From Azolla caroliniana (Eukaryota > Plantae > Polypodiophyta), in contig JBHGNT010000001.1 in NCBI GenBank assembly GCA_043228905.1, positions 372,001 to 436,000 of the forward strand: a stretch of 64,000 nt of DNA, in the 5' to 3' direction. The translations under genes and the position numbers were made by a program. Under the pieces are notes generated by a model that saw nothing but the letters and a program-made list of their open reading frames with translations, did not search any database and had not been told where the DNA came from. Shown here piece after piece: positions 36,901 to 50,200 of the stretch (the stretch's first letter is position 1; every line of letters starts with the position of its first letter).

Positions 36901-38577
36901 GGGTCAGATCCTCGTGTATTCTGTGCATCCCTCTCCACCTGTATGCGTGGGTATAAAGTTCGTCTAAATAGAAATGTGATACCTCCCTTCACAATGGATT
37001 GTGTCCAGTGGTTTGCATGTATGTGGACTCCCATTTAAAGCCCTCCACTCAAGATAGATCTTTTTTTTGCTATCTTGCGTCTATGTAATGAGGATGATTT
37101 CTTCTTCAACCATCTCCTCTACAATTCTTCCCAGTTGTGCCCAAAGTGTGCTGTTGTTTCAGACTGTGATGTGTAGCCTTGATACAGTTATTTCATAGGC
37201 CACAAATCCCTATTCCATGGCCTCGATGTTGATAATGATGTGATCATCATAGCAAATAGTCTTCTTGTCTTCCTTGTGTGATTGTAGGATCTGTGGAATA
37301 CACAGTTTTCTGAGGTTGATTTGCGTCGTCATGTCATCATCAAGGAAGATAGGAAGGCCATCCAACGACCTCAGTATGACTTGCTTGTTTAAAAAGGCAA
37401 TTCTTGCTACTTCATTTGGAAATTGTACATGTGTTAGTTAGCAAGCTGCAATGTTGTCTTTTCCCCCTCTCTAGGATTTGGTTAATGGGGTTTCTTCTTC
37501 TCTGGTGTACCTTGGCTTGGTCCAAAGTGTCCTTGCTCGTGGATGACACCTAGTCTTCTTGTGAACGTCATCTGCTCTTCTTCAAATTTGGTGTGTACAA
37601 GTTTAATTCCGTGTTTTTGTAGTTTTTTAGCTACCTTCACCCATCCAAATTCTTTGGCTTTGATTTCTAGTTTCACTTCTTCCTTGACTTCTTCCTTCAC
37701 TAACTTTCTTTAGTTAAGCTTTAATGTCTTGATGTCATGTTCCTCTTGAATGACTTCCGTATACCCTTTTTCAACTTGGATAATGTTTCTGATGTTACGG
37801 TTAAGTTTGTCCAGTTTGTTGTTGGCAAATTTCTCCTTCAGCTCAAAGTTTTTTTTTTGAGTGCAGAAATTCAGTTTTGTAAGGAATTAATCAATGTATA
37901 TCTAAGTTCTTATTAAAGTCTATTAGAGGACAGAAATAGGTTCATGGAACAAATAGTGATTACAAATATGGATGGGATTACGTTATAAAACTGAAAAAAT
38001 TTAAAAGTTCTTGGTTTTCTAGAGGTCCATGATAATGGCCTTAATGCATGTATGAAAAGAAAGAAAGAAATATTAGTATCTTTTAAGGGCCAGAAGTAGC
38101 CTATGAGACAAATCATGATTACGAATATGGGTGAATTCATGTTATCCTTGCTGAAATAAAGAGTTTGAGTTGGACAATTTGTTTTGGGAGCATGTAGAAT
38201 GCCCATGTACCTCGGTCTCTGTATGAATCCATTCTGTAAGAAGTTTATGAAACGATTTTTGTAGGCCATATTTGGGGTGATGTGATCCAAGTCTTTTATG
38301 TAGAGGTGATAATAAAAGAGAACAGATTTTTTATTCTCTACAATGAGGCTGATTTCGATCTATTGAACCAAATAAGTATATCATCTTGGATGTGACCCTT
38401 TCATATATGACGGCTTGATGATGATTTCATTTCCTGATGTTTGTAAAAGGTGTGCCTTATAGTAGGCATGTTCCAACACTGATGAGAGAGAGAGAGAGAG
38501 AGAGAGATTTTTAACATTTCAGGAAATTTTCCAATGAATCTGCGCTGAAGCAACACAATAATGCAAAGCATAAATGA
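30897..38577 (+). CDS. HDT: HD2-type histone deacetylase / HD-tuin nucleoplasmin-like protein with acidic tract and C-terminal C2H2 finger. Exons: 30897-30909, 31619-31689, 31787-32001, 32100-32131, 32267-32350, 32788-33008, 33093-33134, 33339-33411, 33532-33581, 33666-33721, 38523-38577
   Basis: Diagnostic MEFWG start, then LHVTQ.ALG, IIGTLS and F.LSH...SVFFCGY, a poly-E/D region, and CTPCNKKFSNESALKQHNNAKH. All splice junctions keep the frame. Confidence 0.92.
32002..32099 (+). other. U12 (minor spliceosome) AT-AC intron of the HD2 gene
   Basis: Donor ATATCCTTG, branch site TTCTTAAC at 32078-32085, acceptor TAC at 32099; splicing restores the frame (EEE-KFNEEEDE). Confidence 0.9.
34600..37900 (-). 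mobile_element. Highly degenerate LINE (RTEX/L2-like; ORF1 ~37300-37900, ORF2 remnants below) in the last HD2 intron
   Basis: ORF1-like GLPIFLDDDMT and a coiled-coil stretch; fragmentary EN/RT-like remnants with many stops. Boundaries are approximate. Confidence 0.55.
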
Positions 38578-39491
38578 GGGGATTATGGTCTCTCCATCTG
38601 GAATTTAATATGCACTGTTTTCTTTTGGGTTAGTTATATGTATATAAAAAAAGTTTCCTGCAAGGCAAAAAGATGTTTTTGTTGACAAATATGATTTTAG
38701 TGAATAGCTTTGTTTAGTATTCCTGTTTTTTGTGCTGGTTTAAAATCCCCAGTTTATTGTTATTTTGTTTTTCTTGTTTGTTCAAACTACTTGGTCCGAA
38801 TTGAAGAAGATGGATTAAACCTTTATGTATTGAAAAACTATAAATACCAAAAAACTTAGCTAGCAATAGAAACAGAAAGTGCGTCTATCTTTTCCTATGG
38901 AGAATTTGGGTTGGTCTGGGAAAAGTACTATTACCTTGCTTGGAATAATCTATTTTGCCCTCGTGATAAATGCCATGGACTCCATAACTAATGATGGAAC
39001 TTTTTCTTGTATTACTTTATTCGTTGGTAAGGAACTGATTATATTCTAGATTATACATCACGACATATATGAAGGATTCTCATCTAACGTTCTCTTCGGT
39101 TATATCGGCTCCCATCTCTGAGTTATCCCATCACTATCTAGTTTTATCAGGAAACTTAATATTTTCTGGTATGGATGGTGTATCCATTAGTTTGGGTAGT
39201 GCTCCTCGCGAACTCTGTTTCATTTATCATTGTTCGAAGTGTAATAAAATTGATTATTATTGGTAGAGTTGGGAAAAGCAAGATGACTATGATTTGTATA
39301 AAGACTAGCTGATTTGATTTTTGTCAGTCTGGTCATACAAGAGTTCTGCTGAAAAAGGTTGCATATCTCAAAGAAGAAAAAGGTGTCAGGTTTGTATCAA
39401 TATTCAAGCTAAGTGTTAAATGAAATGAAGTTATATTTCAACTAGCAGAAACTATTTGCATGTATATTTATGACTACCTTCTTAGAAATGT

Positions 39492-39653
39492 TCATATTAT
39501 AGGAGCACCGTACAGTTTCAATTTCTTGCTTACACATAGATTGAAATATTCATATTCATCAGTATATGAATATTTCAACTCATATTATAGGAGCACCATA
39601 CAGTTTCAATTTCTTGCTTACACAGATTGAAATATTCATATTCATCAGTATAT
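39492..39653. repeat. Tandem duplication, ~88 bp x2
   Basis: TCATATTATAGGAGCACC... at 39492 and 39580. Confidence 0.85.
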
Positions 39654-40067
39654 TTGCTTTCAAGAATGTGTTCATAATTAAACCCTTTGTGAAAACAAAG
39701 CCATGATGAATGAAACCTAATAATTCTTTTGTTAAGTATTGTTAGATTAAAAATTTTAACATTGCAATTTGTAAAACGAGTTTATTAGAGTAAAAGTGCA
39801 TTAATGAATTCAAGACCTTCCAACTTAGAAGACCAATGCAAAGACTAGCAAAGCTCTAACCCACCTCAATTTAAACCAATGTTTTAATGTTTGAAGTAAT
39901 GTCAACGTTTACTGTTGAATGCATTCATCAAAAATGCCTCAGGTATTTCAATCTATGCTCTCACGTATACAATACTGTTTGCTCCAGTTCTCTTGAATAT
40001 TGTGTAAATTAAAACTTTTAATTCCCTGTCACCTTGTCAAAGACAAACTAGATTCTAGCACTCATGA

Positions 40068-40453
40068 CCTTTGATATTCATAAGAAATCCATTTAACTCA
40101 TTCCATAACTCACCTCTTTGATACTCTTGTGGTTAGCATCTAAATATAATCACCTTTTTTTATACAACTTTTACAGAAAAAACAATATGAAATTCCAAAA
40201 TTATACATATATAAAGGATATAATTATGCATCCCCTTACCTGTGTTATTTATTCATGGGGCCTTTGATATTCATAAGGAATCCATTTAACTCATTCCATA
40301 ACTCACCTCTTTGATACTCTTGTGGTTAGCATCTAAATATAATCACCTTTTTTTATACAACTTTTACAGAAAAAACAATATGAAATTCCAAAATTATACA
40401 TATATATAGGATATAATTATGCATCCCCTTACCTGTGTTATTTATTCATGGGG
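40068..40453. repeat. Near-perfect tandem duplication, ~193 bp x2, just downstream of the kinase stop codon
   Basis: CCTTTGATATTCATAAG...ATTCATGGGG at 40068 and 40261. Confidence 0.92.
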
Positions 40454-40654
40454 AGTTCGTGACCCTGAATCCAACATTTATAATTAAAATAGTGTAATAG
40501 TTATTGTGAACTCAAAAAATTTACAATCTTGCAAAACATCATTCACTTAACACCCATGTCACAATCAATGTTTACAGCGGATGTGACAAGGAAACAATGA
40601 AGGCACACATCTAAACAAAATGCTTTCAAGAATAAAGTTATTTTCTGCTTGCAG

Positions 40655-43600
40655 TTATGTGGTATCTTTTTTTAACGGGACATTCTTCTTCAAAACTGAA
40701 AACAAACCACCTTTTTTCTTCTCCTTATCTTTTTCTTCCTCAATAGCCTGCAGATAAAACATTTTACCAATTTATTAGAAAACCATCCCATAGTACTGTT
40801 GGATATCGTTGCATCAAGGGAGATGAATGAGCATAAAACACAAAACAAACACCTCTTTAAGAATCCTCTGAAGGATTATTGTTATTTCAGAGAATTCAGG
40901 CCGTTCTGCCGGATCTTTCTGCCAACATTTGTTAAGTAGTTCTGCCAGTCTTGGATTCACATCTTTGCGGATCGTAGGCCGCAATCCCTACAGAAAATTA
41001 ATAACTCAAAACAAACAAACAAACATGTCTCTCGGCATTTTAACTATCATAGAATTAGATGACATATTTCGATAGCCCTTCAAAGGAATAGTATTGAAGC
41101 TGAAACCTTTTCCACTACTCCTACTGCTGCCTGCAATGGTGTTAGATGCTCATACGGTAACTGCAAAAGGACATATCAATCTAATTAAACGACTAAAGCA
41201 TGCATATATTCAAAATACTCTTACAACTAATGAGAGGGCCAGTCTGACAATTACATAAGATACATTGATTCGTGCTTGTTTTCAAGATTCAGACTTCATC
41301 AAAAAAAATTCCAGTGAAATGATTTGGATGGCCATGTCCATATTCAGATGAATTTCATCAAATTCATTTTCATACAAGTGAGTGAGAATTCACGCAAAAT
41401 AAACCAAGATTATCGCAGGTTTAAAGACTAAAATTCCAAATCTAAGGATATTTTGAAACTTTTTAAAAGGCTTTTTTAGTAAAAACCTTTTAAAAGGGCT
41501 TTTTAAGCCTTATGAGGCTTATATAGGAAGCAGGCAGCGTGACCTGCATGCAGAAGAAAGTGGTGCCATGTCAATGCTAACATGGTCTCACGCCAGCATC
41601 ACGCTAACTCATCTAACAGCCACCCTCATGCCACCTCATCAACTCCAGATCCTTTATCAGAAAAAGCAAACGCTCAAAATGAGCTAGCGCAGAAAAAGAA
41701 AAAAAAAAAAAAGATGTTTAACGTGATAATAAAAATGTAATAAGGAAAAAGAAGCAGCAGCAAAACTAGCTTTAAAGGGAAAGCCTTCAATTTCCTGTCA
41801 TAAAGTGAGGATGAGCATAGCATAGAGAAGAACTAAGCAGTACAGAACATTTAGAGCAGCAGAACTTTTGGTGTTAGTGTCTTGTGAAATTTTCACTAGA
41901 GTCATTTGGAAGTTCTTGGAAGAGATTTTTGTAATAAGAATTCAGAGGGAGGCAACAGAGTTGGGTGTTTCATATCAGAATCCAAGAACTCACCGTGTTT
42001 CAGTGAAGCATCTCGAACATCATTTCAGTGGAATCATCATTCGATTTTATTCATCCAATTTTGGGCATTCTTTCCTAGTAGCATATATAGGTTTATCTAC
42101 CATTTCTAAATATCTCTCTGACCATTGTAAGAGCTTTTAATTCTTCTTCACCTTCTAAATATCTCTTTGACCATCAAACATCGTAATAGTGGCATATATT
42201 ATGGTAATGATTGTAGGCATCAACAGTTACTCATTGAATATGTTTTTTCCTTTATTTTTTAGAAATGACTTCTGAGAATCTTTTACAACATAGAATGAGC
42301 ACATGCTTACCTTGCCAGTCAGCAGTTCCCATATCACGATTCCGAAACTAAATACATCAGCTTTGTGATCATAAGGTCGATGTTCAATTACCTGTGGAAT
42401 ATCATAAAGCAAGTTTTATTATACAGGACACAGAGAAATTTCTCATTGAATGTCTACCTTGCACTTCAAATTTAAAGCTTGCATTAGAAACACATATTTC
42501 CTGAAGGTAGGACATATGTTACCTCCGGAGCCATCCATCTGTAGGTACCAGTCTCTGCTGTCATCACTACGCCAATTTGTGATTGGACACGAGCAACCCC
42601 GAAATCAGCAACTTTAATAACCTAAATTAGAGCACACCTTTATACATCACCTCCAAACTTCTACTCTCACACTCAGAGATAGGAACTCTGTTACTTCTAT
42701 TACCTCATGTTCATCAATTAAAAGATTTGCTGCCTTGAGATCTCTATGTATGATATTGGATTGATGAAGATAATCCATCCCTTTTGATACATCAATTGCT
42801 ATCTTAATCACAGTCGGTAGCTTAAATGTACCATGTTTTTTATGCAGATAGTCATGGACACTCCCTCCTGACATGAACTCTGTTTTCATCAAATGGAAAT
42901 TTATCAGAAGCCAGCACATACTGAAGTCTTAGATGCAATATGGAGTTGGTTGTGCACCTGTAACAATGCATAGCTTGGGAGGTCGAGTGCAAGCGCCAAT
43001 AAACTGTACAACATTCTTGTGGCGAACTTTTCTATAAGACAATCAATATGCAATTTGCAAATGGCATAATGTGAAAACATCTTATAGTTATTGGATTGGA
43101 AGGATATATTTTATCACTAGTTAGTTTTCATATGGATCTAACCTACAACTCTCAGGATATCTTAAATATATCACATTGGAAGGGCTTACAACAGATTGTA
43201 TCACAGTTATAGATAGCTTCCTTCACACATTGGACACCATAGAGGAAAACTGCAAATCAAGTTTCTTATACATTCGCCTAAGATGTTCATTCATTCACCA
43301 CACAATGGCATATTTCTATATGGGATGTATGGTCAAGTTTGACAGGCATCACAAACTGTTTAATGATCCTTGATAACACATTATCACATTCTAATGTTTT
43401 CCTGCTTTAGATAAGAAAATAAATTGTAAAGACAATAAATTAACATCTCAAAGAGCCCAAACATTTTTGTACTCCAATATCCTAGTCCTCACAGCTATAG
43501 CCTGTGTGCCAATCAAGGGGGACAACAACGAAAAAGCTTGAGAGAATTAAAAAGCATTAGAGATACTTATACAAATTAGAAAACCCAACAAGGATGGAAA

Positions 43601-46182
43601 TGATTTAATCCCTTCAAATGAATATCAATGCCAATGTTTCTATGCATACATTGAAATGGACAAAAAACATTTCCTAAAGAAACACTTTAACCCACACCTC
43701 ATGATAGAAACCTCCTGAGCAAATTCTTTTTGCAGGTCTTCATTTAATTCTGATTTCAGAACTTTAATAGCCACATCTTGGCCACGGTATGTACCCCGAA
43801 ACCTGCATTAAATTGGCATTTTTAATTCTTAGGCTAAGAAAAAGTTTGAAGCTAGAGAAATGCTAATACTTACAGATCTCCAAATGATCCACTTGCCACT
43901 TTATGATCATATTTAAGTAGTTCAGGATCGATTTCCCAGTCATCAGTACCATAAGATGGGATTCTAAGGAACTCCAAATTTGAGTTCCTAGCAAATGGTG
44001 TTACCACATCATCAGGAGGTTGTCCAATGAGACTTTTTTTCTCAATTTCTTTCTGTCATAGATCCAGATTACCACTAAAATTTATTAGCATTGACCCAGA
44101 ATTTATCATCCTTCCAGAATTCCAATGATGACCTAATCGCCATTAACGTTAACGCACTATCTAAAAGTGCAATTAAATTAATATGACCTCTTAAAGACAC
44201 AAAAAACTTTGCATTTATATAATCATAAGAAATTTTATGTCACCCAGCTTTTTATTTAAATTCTTGGAGTATTACTGGCTTCAAAATGAAACCCAATAGA
44301 TATTATCTTGATGCCGGTTTTCCTACAGATGAATATATTATATAAATGGCTGCTCATGGATCTGCATACCTCTCCAGAAGCTATCATAACTTCCAATTGT
44401 TGCTGCAACTCTTGGGTATCCTGTCATAAAGACACATAATCCTGACATTCATAACCAAAATAGAGAAAGACAAAAAGTGGATTTATATGTCACGAATACA
44501 TTGCTTATTAATACAATGATTCCAATACCTCAGTTGGCCAGCCATCTACAACGAAAACATCTAAAGAAAATCCATCATCAGTTGAGAATACATGAGCTTC
44601 ACGGATGTTGAGTCCCACTTCCGAAAGGGCATATGATATCTGCACATCCCACATGCTATAATATCAGATGTAAAATATTGCAGTTTGTAGAATAATATTT
44701 TATAAATCAAAGCATTATTCATAATCCCTCTTTCAGTGACACAATTTACCTCACCAAGAAGTTTTTGTTTATCTGAAGTTGAAAAGGTAACTTCGTGTAT
44801 GGGATAATGTCTTAGTCATCCAACAAAAGGAAACGTTTAGTAAGTGGACGGTGGTAATAAGAATTGACGGATGCAGATACATGCAAGGCCAGAATTACTA
44901 TCTATGATTGCTGAATCTACATAACATATGCACATCTTACCTGGATAAATAGTCATCATCACTACTGATGTCTTTGTCATTATCACCTCCTGACGATTTG
45001 TTCAACCCTAGTGCCAATGCCTCTAAGTTTACAGAAGATCCAAATGAAGGAGGAGCAAGAATGCTGACATAAGAAGCTTCAATCTTAGAGGTATTAAATT
45101 AGGACTATAAAGAATGAAATAAAAGAACAAGAAACTTCAAAGATGACTTGATACCTTAACTTTGCAATAGCCTCTTGTTTTTTCTTTGGATTTTTTGAGT
45201 CACTTGCTTCTGAATTTTCCAATCCAGTGGGGAGAACCTATTTTCAACAAACCCATAAAGTAAAAGGAACCTTCATATCTTGAAACTCAAATTGCATATC
45301 TGATTACTTTAGTATCACTCAGCAAAAAGACATTTTTCTTGATACTTTTCCAGGCCAATACCTTAATAACAATAAGAAGCTTCAAGCGTAAATTTCTAGA
45401 AATTTTCTCATTGTTTTAAAAGCTTTACCTCCTGAAGAGGCTTTCCATTTCTAATTTTATATTGTACATGCTTAAGCCTAAGGCTTGCATCCCTTCAATT
45501 CTTTGTAATTTAAAATCTATACTTCTTCTGAGATCTAACCAAGGAATTTTCTTTGCCTTCAAACCTTTCAACTCACTAATCTCAATCATGAAGAATCTAG
45601 GAATAGCCTTGCAAAATTAAAAGTCCGGTTGGAAGTAGTGAGAAAATGAAATTCAGAAACATCAATAAATAATAAAAGGTTTTTAGGCTGATATCATCAT
45701 GTTCAACATATGTGGTAAAGCTAAACCTAAACTTACATGAATAGATCTAATATGGAAAAAAGGAGGGCCCGTTTTGTAAGTTCTTGCCAATTCCAGTAGT
45801 CTTTTGTGCTCCAAAACATCTTCAGCCCTATCAAGATTCACATCCAAAGCATATCTGCAATAAATCGCCCAACATTTTTGAGCTCACAGCACAACCAAAG
45901 CACACAAAGGAAGAATTGGCAAAAAACTAGAAAGCCAGAAAACAATGAAAAAGGCAGTATGAAGTCATGATGTGGCTGTTATAGATAAAATCAAAACATC
46001 TCAAGGGGATAAAGGATGACTGTACATGATAACTTTTTGTACTGTCATTGCTTTCATTCTTTGTTTTACTTTTTCTTTTTTCTATGTATGTGCCGATTGC
46101 ATAGACCAAGAGTGGATTGTACTCAAACATTGTATGTTATTGATCCCATGGCTCAAGTTCAACCTTCCATGGATGTTAATCA

Positions 46183-46252
<70 letters not shown>

Positions 46253-47221
46253 ACAAGGTCAAAAGACTAAGTATCACACTTTGAAAAGCTTTGCATTTGA
46301 TCGTATTTGACTATGCTTTCCACACATCTTCAACCAAATTCCAATCCTTGCACGAATTTCTCTCACAATCACAATTTGCCCCCTCGATTGCAACATCCAT
46401 TGGTAAAGTTCTTGAACATTGAGAGTCGCTACTCACTTTCACATGTATTTGGTTGAACTGTAATATTTTCGGTCTCATAGGTCATATTTGACCTCCTGAA
46501 AACAATAATAGAATCTATCTATCTATCTCTCGCCTCGTCTAATTTCAAGGAGATTAAAACAAAATATAAACGCATGAAAACTCATAGGAGGATTTCAACC
46601 AGTTTGAATAAAAATAAAACAACGTAGATCCATGATTTCAGAAAGATTAAATGAAAATACATTAACATCAATATGATTCCAGTTCAATACAAATGTCAAA
46701 AAACACATCAAGCCATATATGGTTTCTAACCAGATTTTAATACAAATGCTGAGGACACGTCAATACCCATATGTGTTTTTGTTGAAAATACACAACAACA
46801 GTATACCAAATATAGAGTAATTGGGTATTTTTTATATACAACCACATACCTTAAAGGTAGACGTTGGAAATGAGCATGAAGATCATCTACAAACCCGACA
46901 CTATCAAGAGCTTCACTACAAGAATCCCGTAGCCGTGTGATAATGTTTTCGCACACCTCTCTCTTCTTCGCATTTGCCAAGTCAGTCGGTCGCTGCGCAT
47001 CAGATTCCATGGAAGCTGTAGAAACCCTAATGTCCTGATAAATATCTACAGAACAGAGCAACTTTAGGGCCAAATATGCACTTAGTTACTTAAGCATTTA
47101 TTAGATTTGTCTGTGCAAGAGACATAAGAGATTTCTAGGTGCAAACGCCATAGGAGATTTCTCTCTGCAATATGAAAACCTGTATATTACAAGGGAAGAA
47201 AGAAGAAGCAGAACTTACCAT
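40655..47221 (-). CDS. ACT-domain Raf-like Ser/Thr/Tyr protein kinase (STY8/STY17/STY46-like), multi-exon; first coding exon probably ATG only (47219-47221), next exon 47034-46850
   Basis: [17 protein letters not shown]; ACT domain HEVTFST.DK.KLL...[26 protein letters not shown]; kinase motifs [30 protein letters not shown] and [13 protein letters not shown]; stop TAA at 40655. Confidence 0.93.
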
Positions 47222-50200
47222 TTTTCTGCTGTTATCCACCCTCTCCCAAAGTCAACAAAATTAAAAGTAGATAAATTGTTTCCTCTCGCTTTTGGTTACA
47301 GCCACAGGAGTGGGTCTACTCCATGGCCAGACGAAGAAGAAGAAGAAGAAGAAGAAGGCATGAATCCCACTCCATGGGCGGTGGGACCTTCTTCCGTCGA
47401 CTGTACGTACCGTCCATATCTCACTTGAACACACAATATGTATGTACTGTATACAAATTACAAATTACAATATGTACATCATTTGACAACTTCTCCTCCT
47501 TGACCAACGAACCAACCAACACATGGTCCCAACACCAAGACCCGGCCTTGGGACCATACCATCTTTCCTTTTGGGCACATACTTCTTCTTCAACACACGG
47601 AACATGAACTGCTACGTATTGTACTCGACGTTCTGCTGCCAAATAATTGTGTTTCTTAGGTAGGGGATTTGTTCTCTCACATTTTGTATTCTCGTCACTT
47701 TTTGCCAAAAAAATTAATGAAATACAAAGAAGGGATGGGTGCCCGTCTTTGCTAACAGTAGCGGCAACTTCCTTGCTCGTGAGCAATCAATTTGTTGTCG
47801 CTATGTGTGATTTGACAATGTCTTAATTGACATAAATTTCTACATCCCTCGTTAGTGAAAACTTCTAATAGCATAGGAGGTTATGAAGCCAAATGAGGAA
47901 TCCGTACGATTTCTCAAATAGTTTTGTTGGTCAAGGTGAATGGGAAAGCCCAATGACTAAGAATCCATTAGATGTAGTTGTCCATACCTAACAAGCGAAC
48001 AATGTTGTTTGAAATTATGAATAGTACAAATTCACCAAGTGTTCAAAATCAACTCATCTCCTTGTCGTACACATAATGTCATAGCTATTTGGAGTCAGTA
48101 TTGGTAACAATAATATTTATAATCACATTCTCAAACTTTTACATCAGTTAGATGATTGCTTTCATTAAGCATCCCTGTTTCAACTACATTAAGAAAAAGC
48201 AAAATACACATGTTTTGATGTTGTAATTGATAGTTTATACAATCATAAGGTTCCATTAGACATGCTAAAAGAGTTGATAGTTTACATCAATGTACTTTTC
48301 CTTCTTGTGTGCTGAAAAGAGTTGCAAAAGTTGTCTTACTCAATGAGCTATAGAATAAATTGTATCCCCAATACATTATTATAACGTATATATGATATTT
48401 TCGATCAAGATAGGATTGTCCACTATTAAAGATGCTATGTATAATGATCTCCACAATTATTGTTTGCATTACTTTCAAAGGTCAAATAAAACACGAATTT
48501 CGACAAACCTTGTCATGGGGGTGACAAACGAAGCCAATTCCTAAAAACAACAATTTTCAAACAAGGATGTTTTAGACAAATTGCCCAAAATCGGACCTAT
48601 TGAAGGTTGATTACCTAATCTACCCAAAGAAAGGCTAATTTAGTTATTGGTCTTAATTTGAAAAGAGGGTCTAAGTAGAGGACCGATGAGTAGTGTAGCT
48701 ATTTTTCATCAAATGAAGAAAGTGTGGGAACAACACACCATGGACACGTGGTTCCATGTCAGTATAGTTATGGTTGTTGCAATTGACGTTGCTTGGCCAA
48801 GAGGCACCAAAAGTCAACACTTAGGATTGGCCTCAACCCAAATTCCACACTAGTCACACCTTTCCCTCTCATTTTGACATAGTGCCCTACACACATTCCT
48901 AGGGGATAGGATCTTATATCCATGAAATACCTCCTATTCAAATGAAAATGATAAATATTTAAACTAAATTCCCCCTAAATCTTAAAGTTTGTCCCCCCCC
49001 CCCCCCCCCCCCCCCCATAGACAAACCATGAACACACATTTACTTGAACACTTGTGACTTGATAGATATTTTACACACCTCCACTTTCACACTCACATAA
49101 TCACCCAATCCTAAACAAGCACACATGGTTACACACACATTTTTTAAGCTAAATGCACACATCCTCCTATATTATTATATACAAATTCCAGGTGCACCAA
49201 TTCACATTTATTTACACACACACACTAACAAACAAACTTTAAATATATTACAAATGTACGCATTAATGATTACACTTAGGGTTGCAAATGTATGCATTGC
49301 ACATTACTCAAAAATATTTCAAGTTGCAGCACACAAGAGGAGCACGCAAATTTTATGTGCACATACAACATGTTAAACCCATACATAATGCACGTGTGAC
49401 AACTACACTAGCAAGTGTGAAGGGAAAATCATCACGAGCCCAATCACAAAATCATCGCAAATTTGCATTAGGCATACAAAACATGGAAGCATTTGATTAA
49501 ATTTCTAGTGAATATTAAGGTTTGAACTCACGACTAATTAGATGGATTGCTCAAACTTATATAATTTGTTTGATGTACACTTTCTATGGGAAACTATATT
49601 ACAACCATTATTTTCAAATAGGACATAAAAATTTCTTGACAATAAATCCTTTACGGACCATTTGTTTACATTGGTGGAGGCGAATAACTCCTTATGGATT
49701 CCATGCTTATTGTCTTCAAAGTGGCCCTTTTGCATAGTTTAATGGTCATCCATGATAGGAACATTTCTACTAATCCCTCATTGTTTCTATATCACGAGTC
49801 TCTATTGTTGAATTTTGACAAACTACCCATATTTGTTTATGTTTGCGAATGAATGTATATTTGTCACATCTTTTTCAAATAAAGGCACCAATCTTCAAAA
49901 TTGTCGCCTTAATTATCTTTCAATCCACCACCCCTAATGATCATATCTCTAAAACGTTAGAAAGCAATGAGGTTAAGCATAATAATGGTAGCCAAGTATT
50001 TAAATTGCCAAAATCATGAGTACTTAAGCACATATTCATGGATATGCATCATAATTGCCAATCGAAAAGTTAGGAATTGCTTTGGATTCTTTCGAATGGA
50101 AAAAATCCATTGTGTTGTATAGAGGTGCAATGAATGCATATAGTACATGAGCATGTTGTGTCGCATAAAAATTGCAATTGGTACATATGTGTTGGAAAAA

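Noticed and set aside
48994-49016. Poly-C tract as a regulatory G-quadruplex
   Set aside because: Simple homopolymer, error-prone in assembly; no supporting context.
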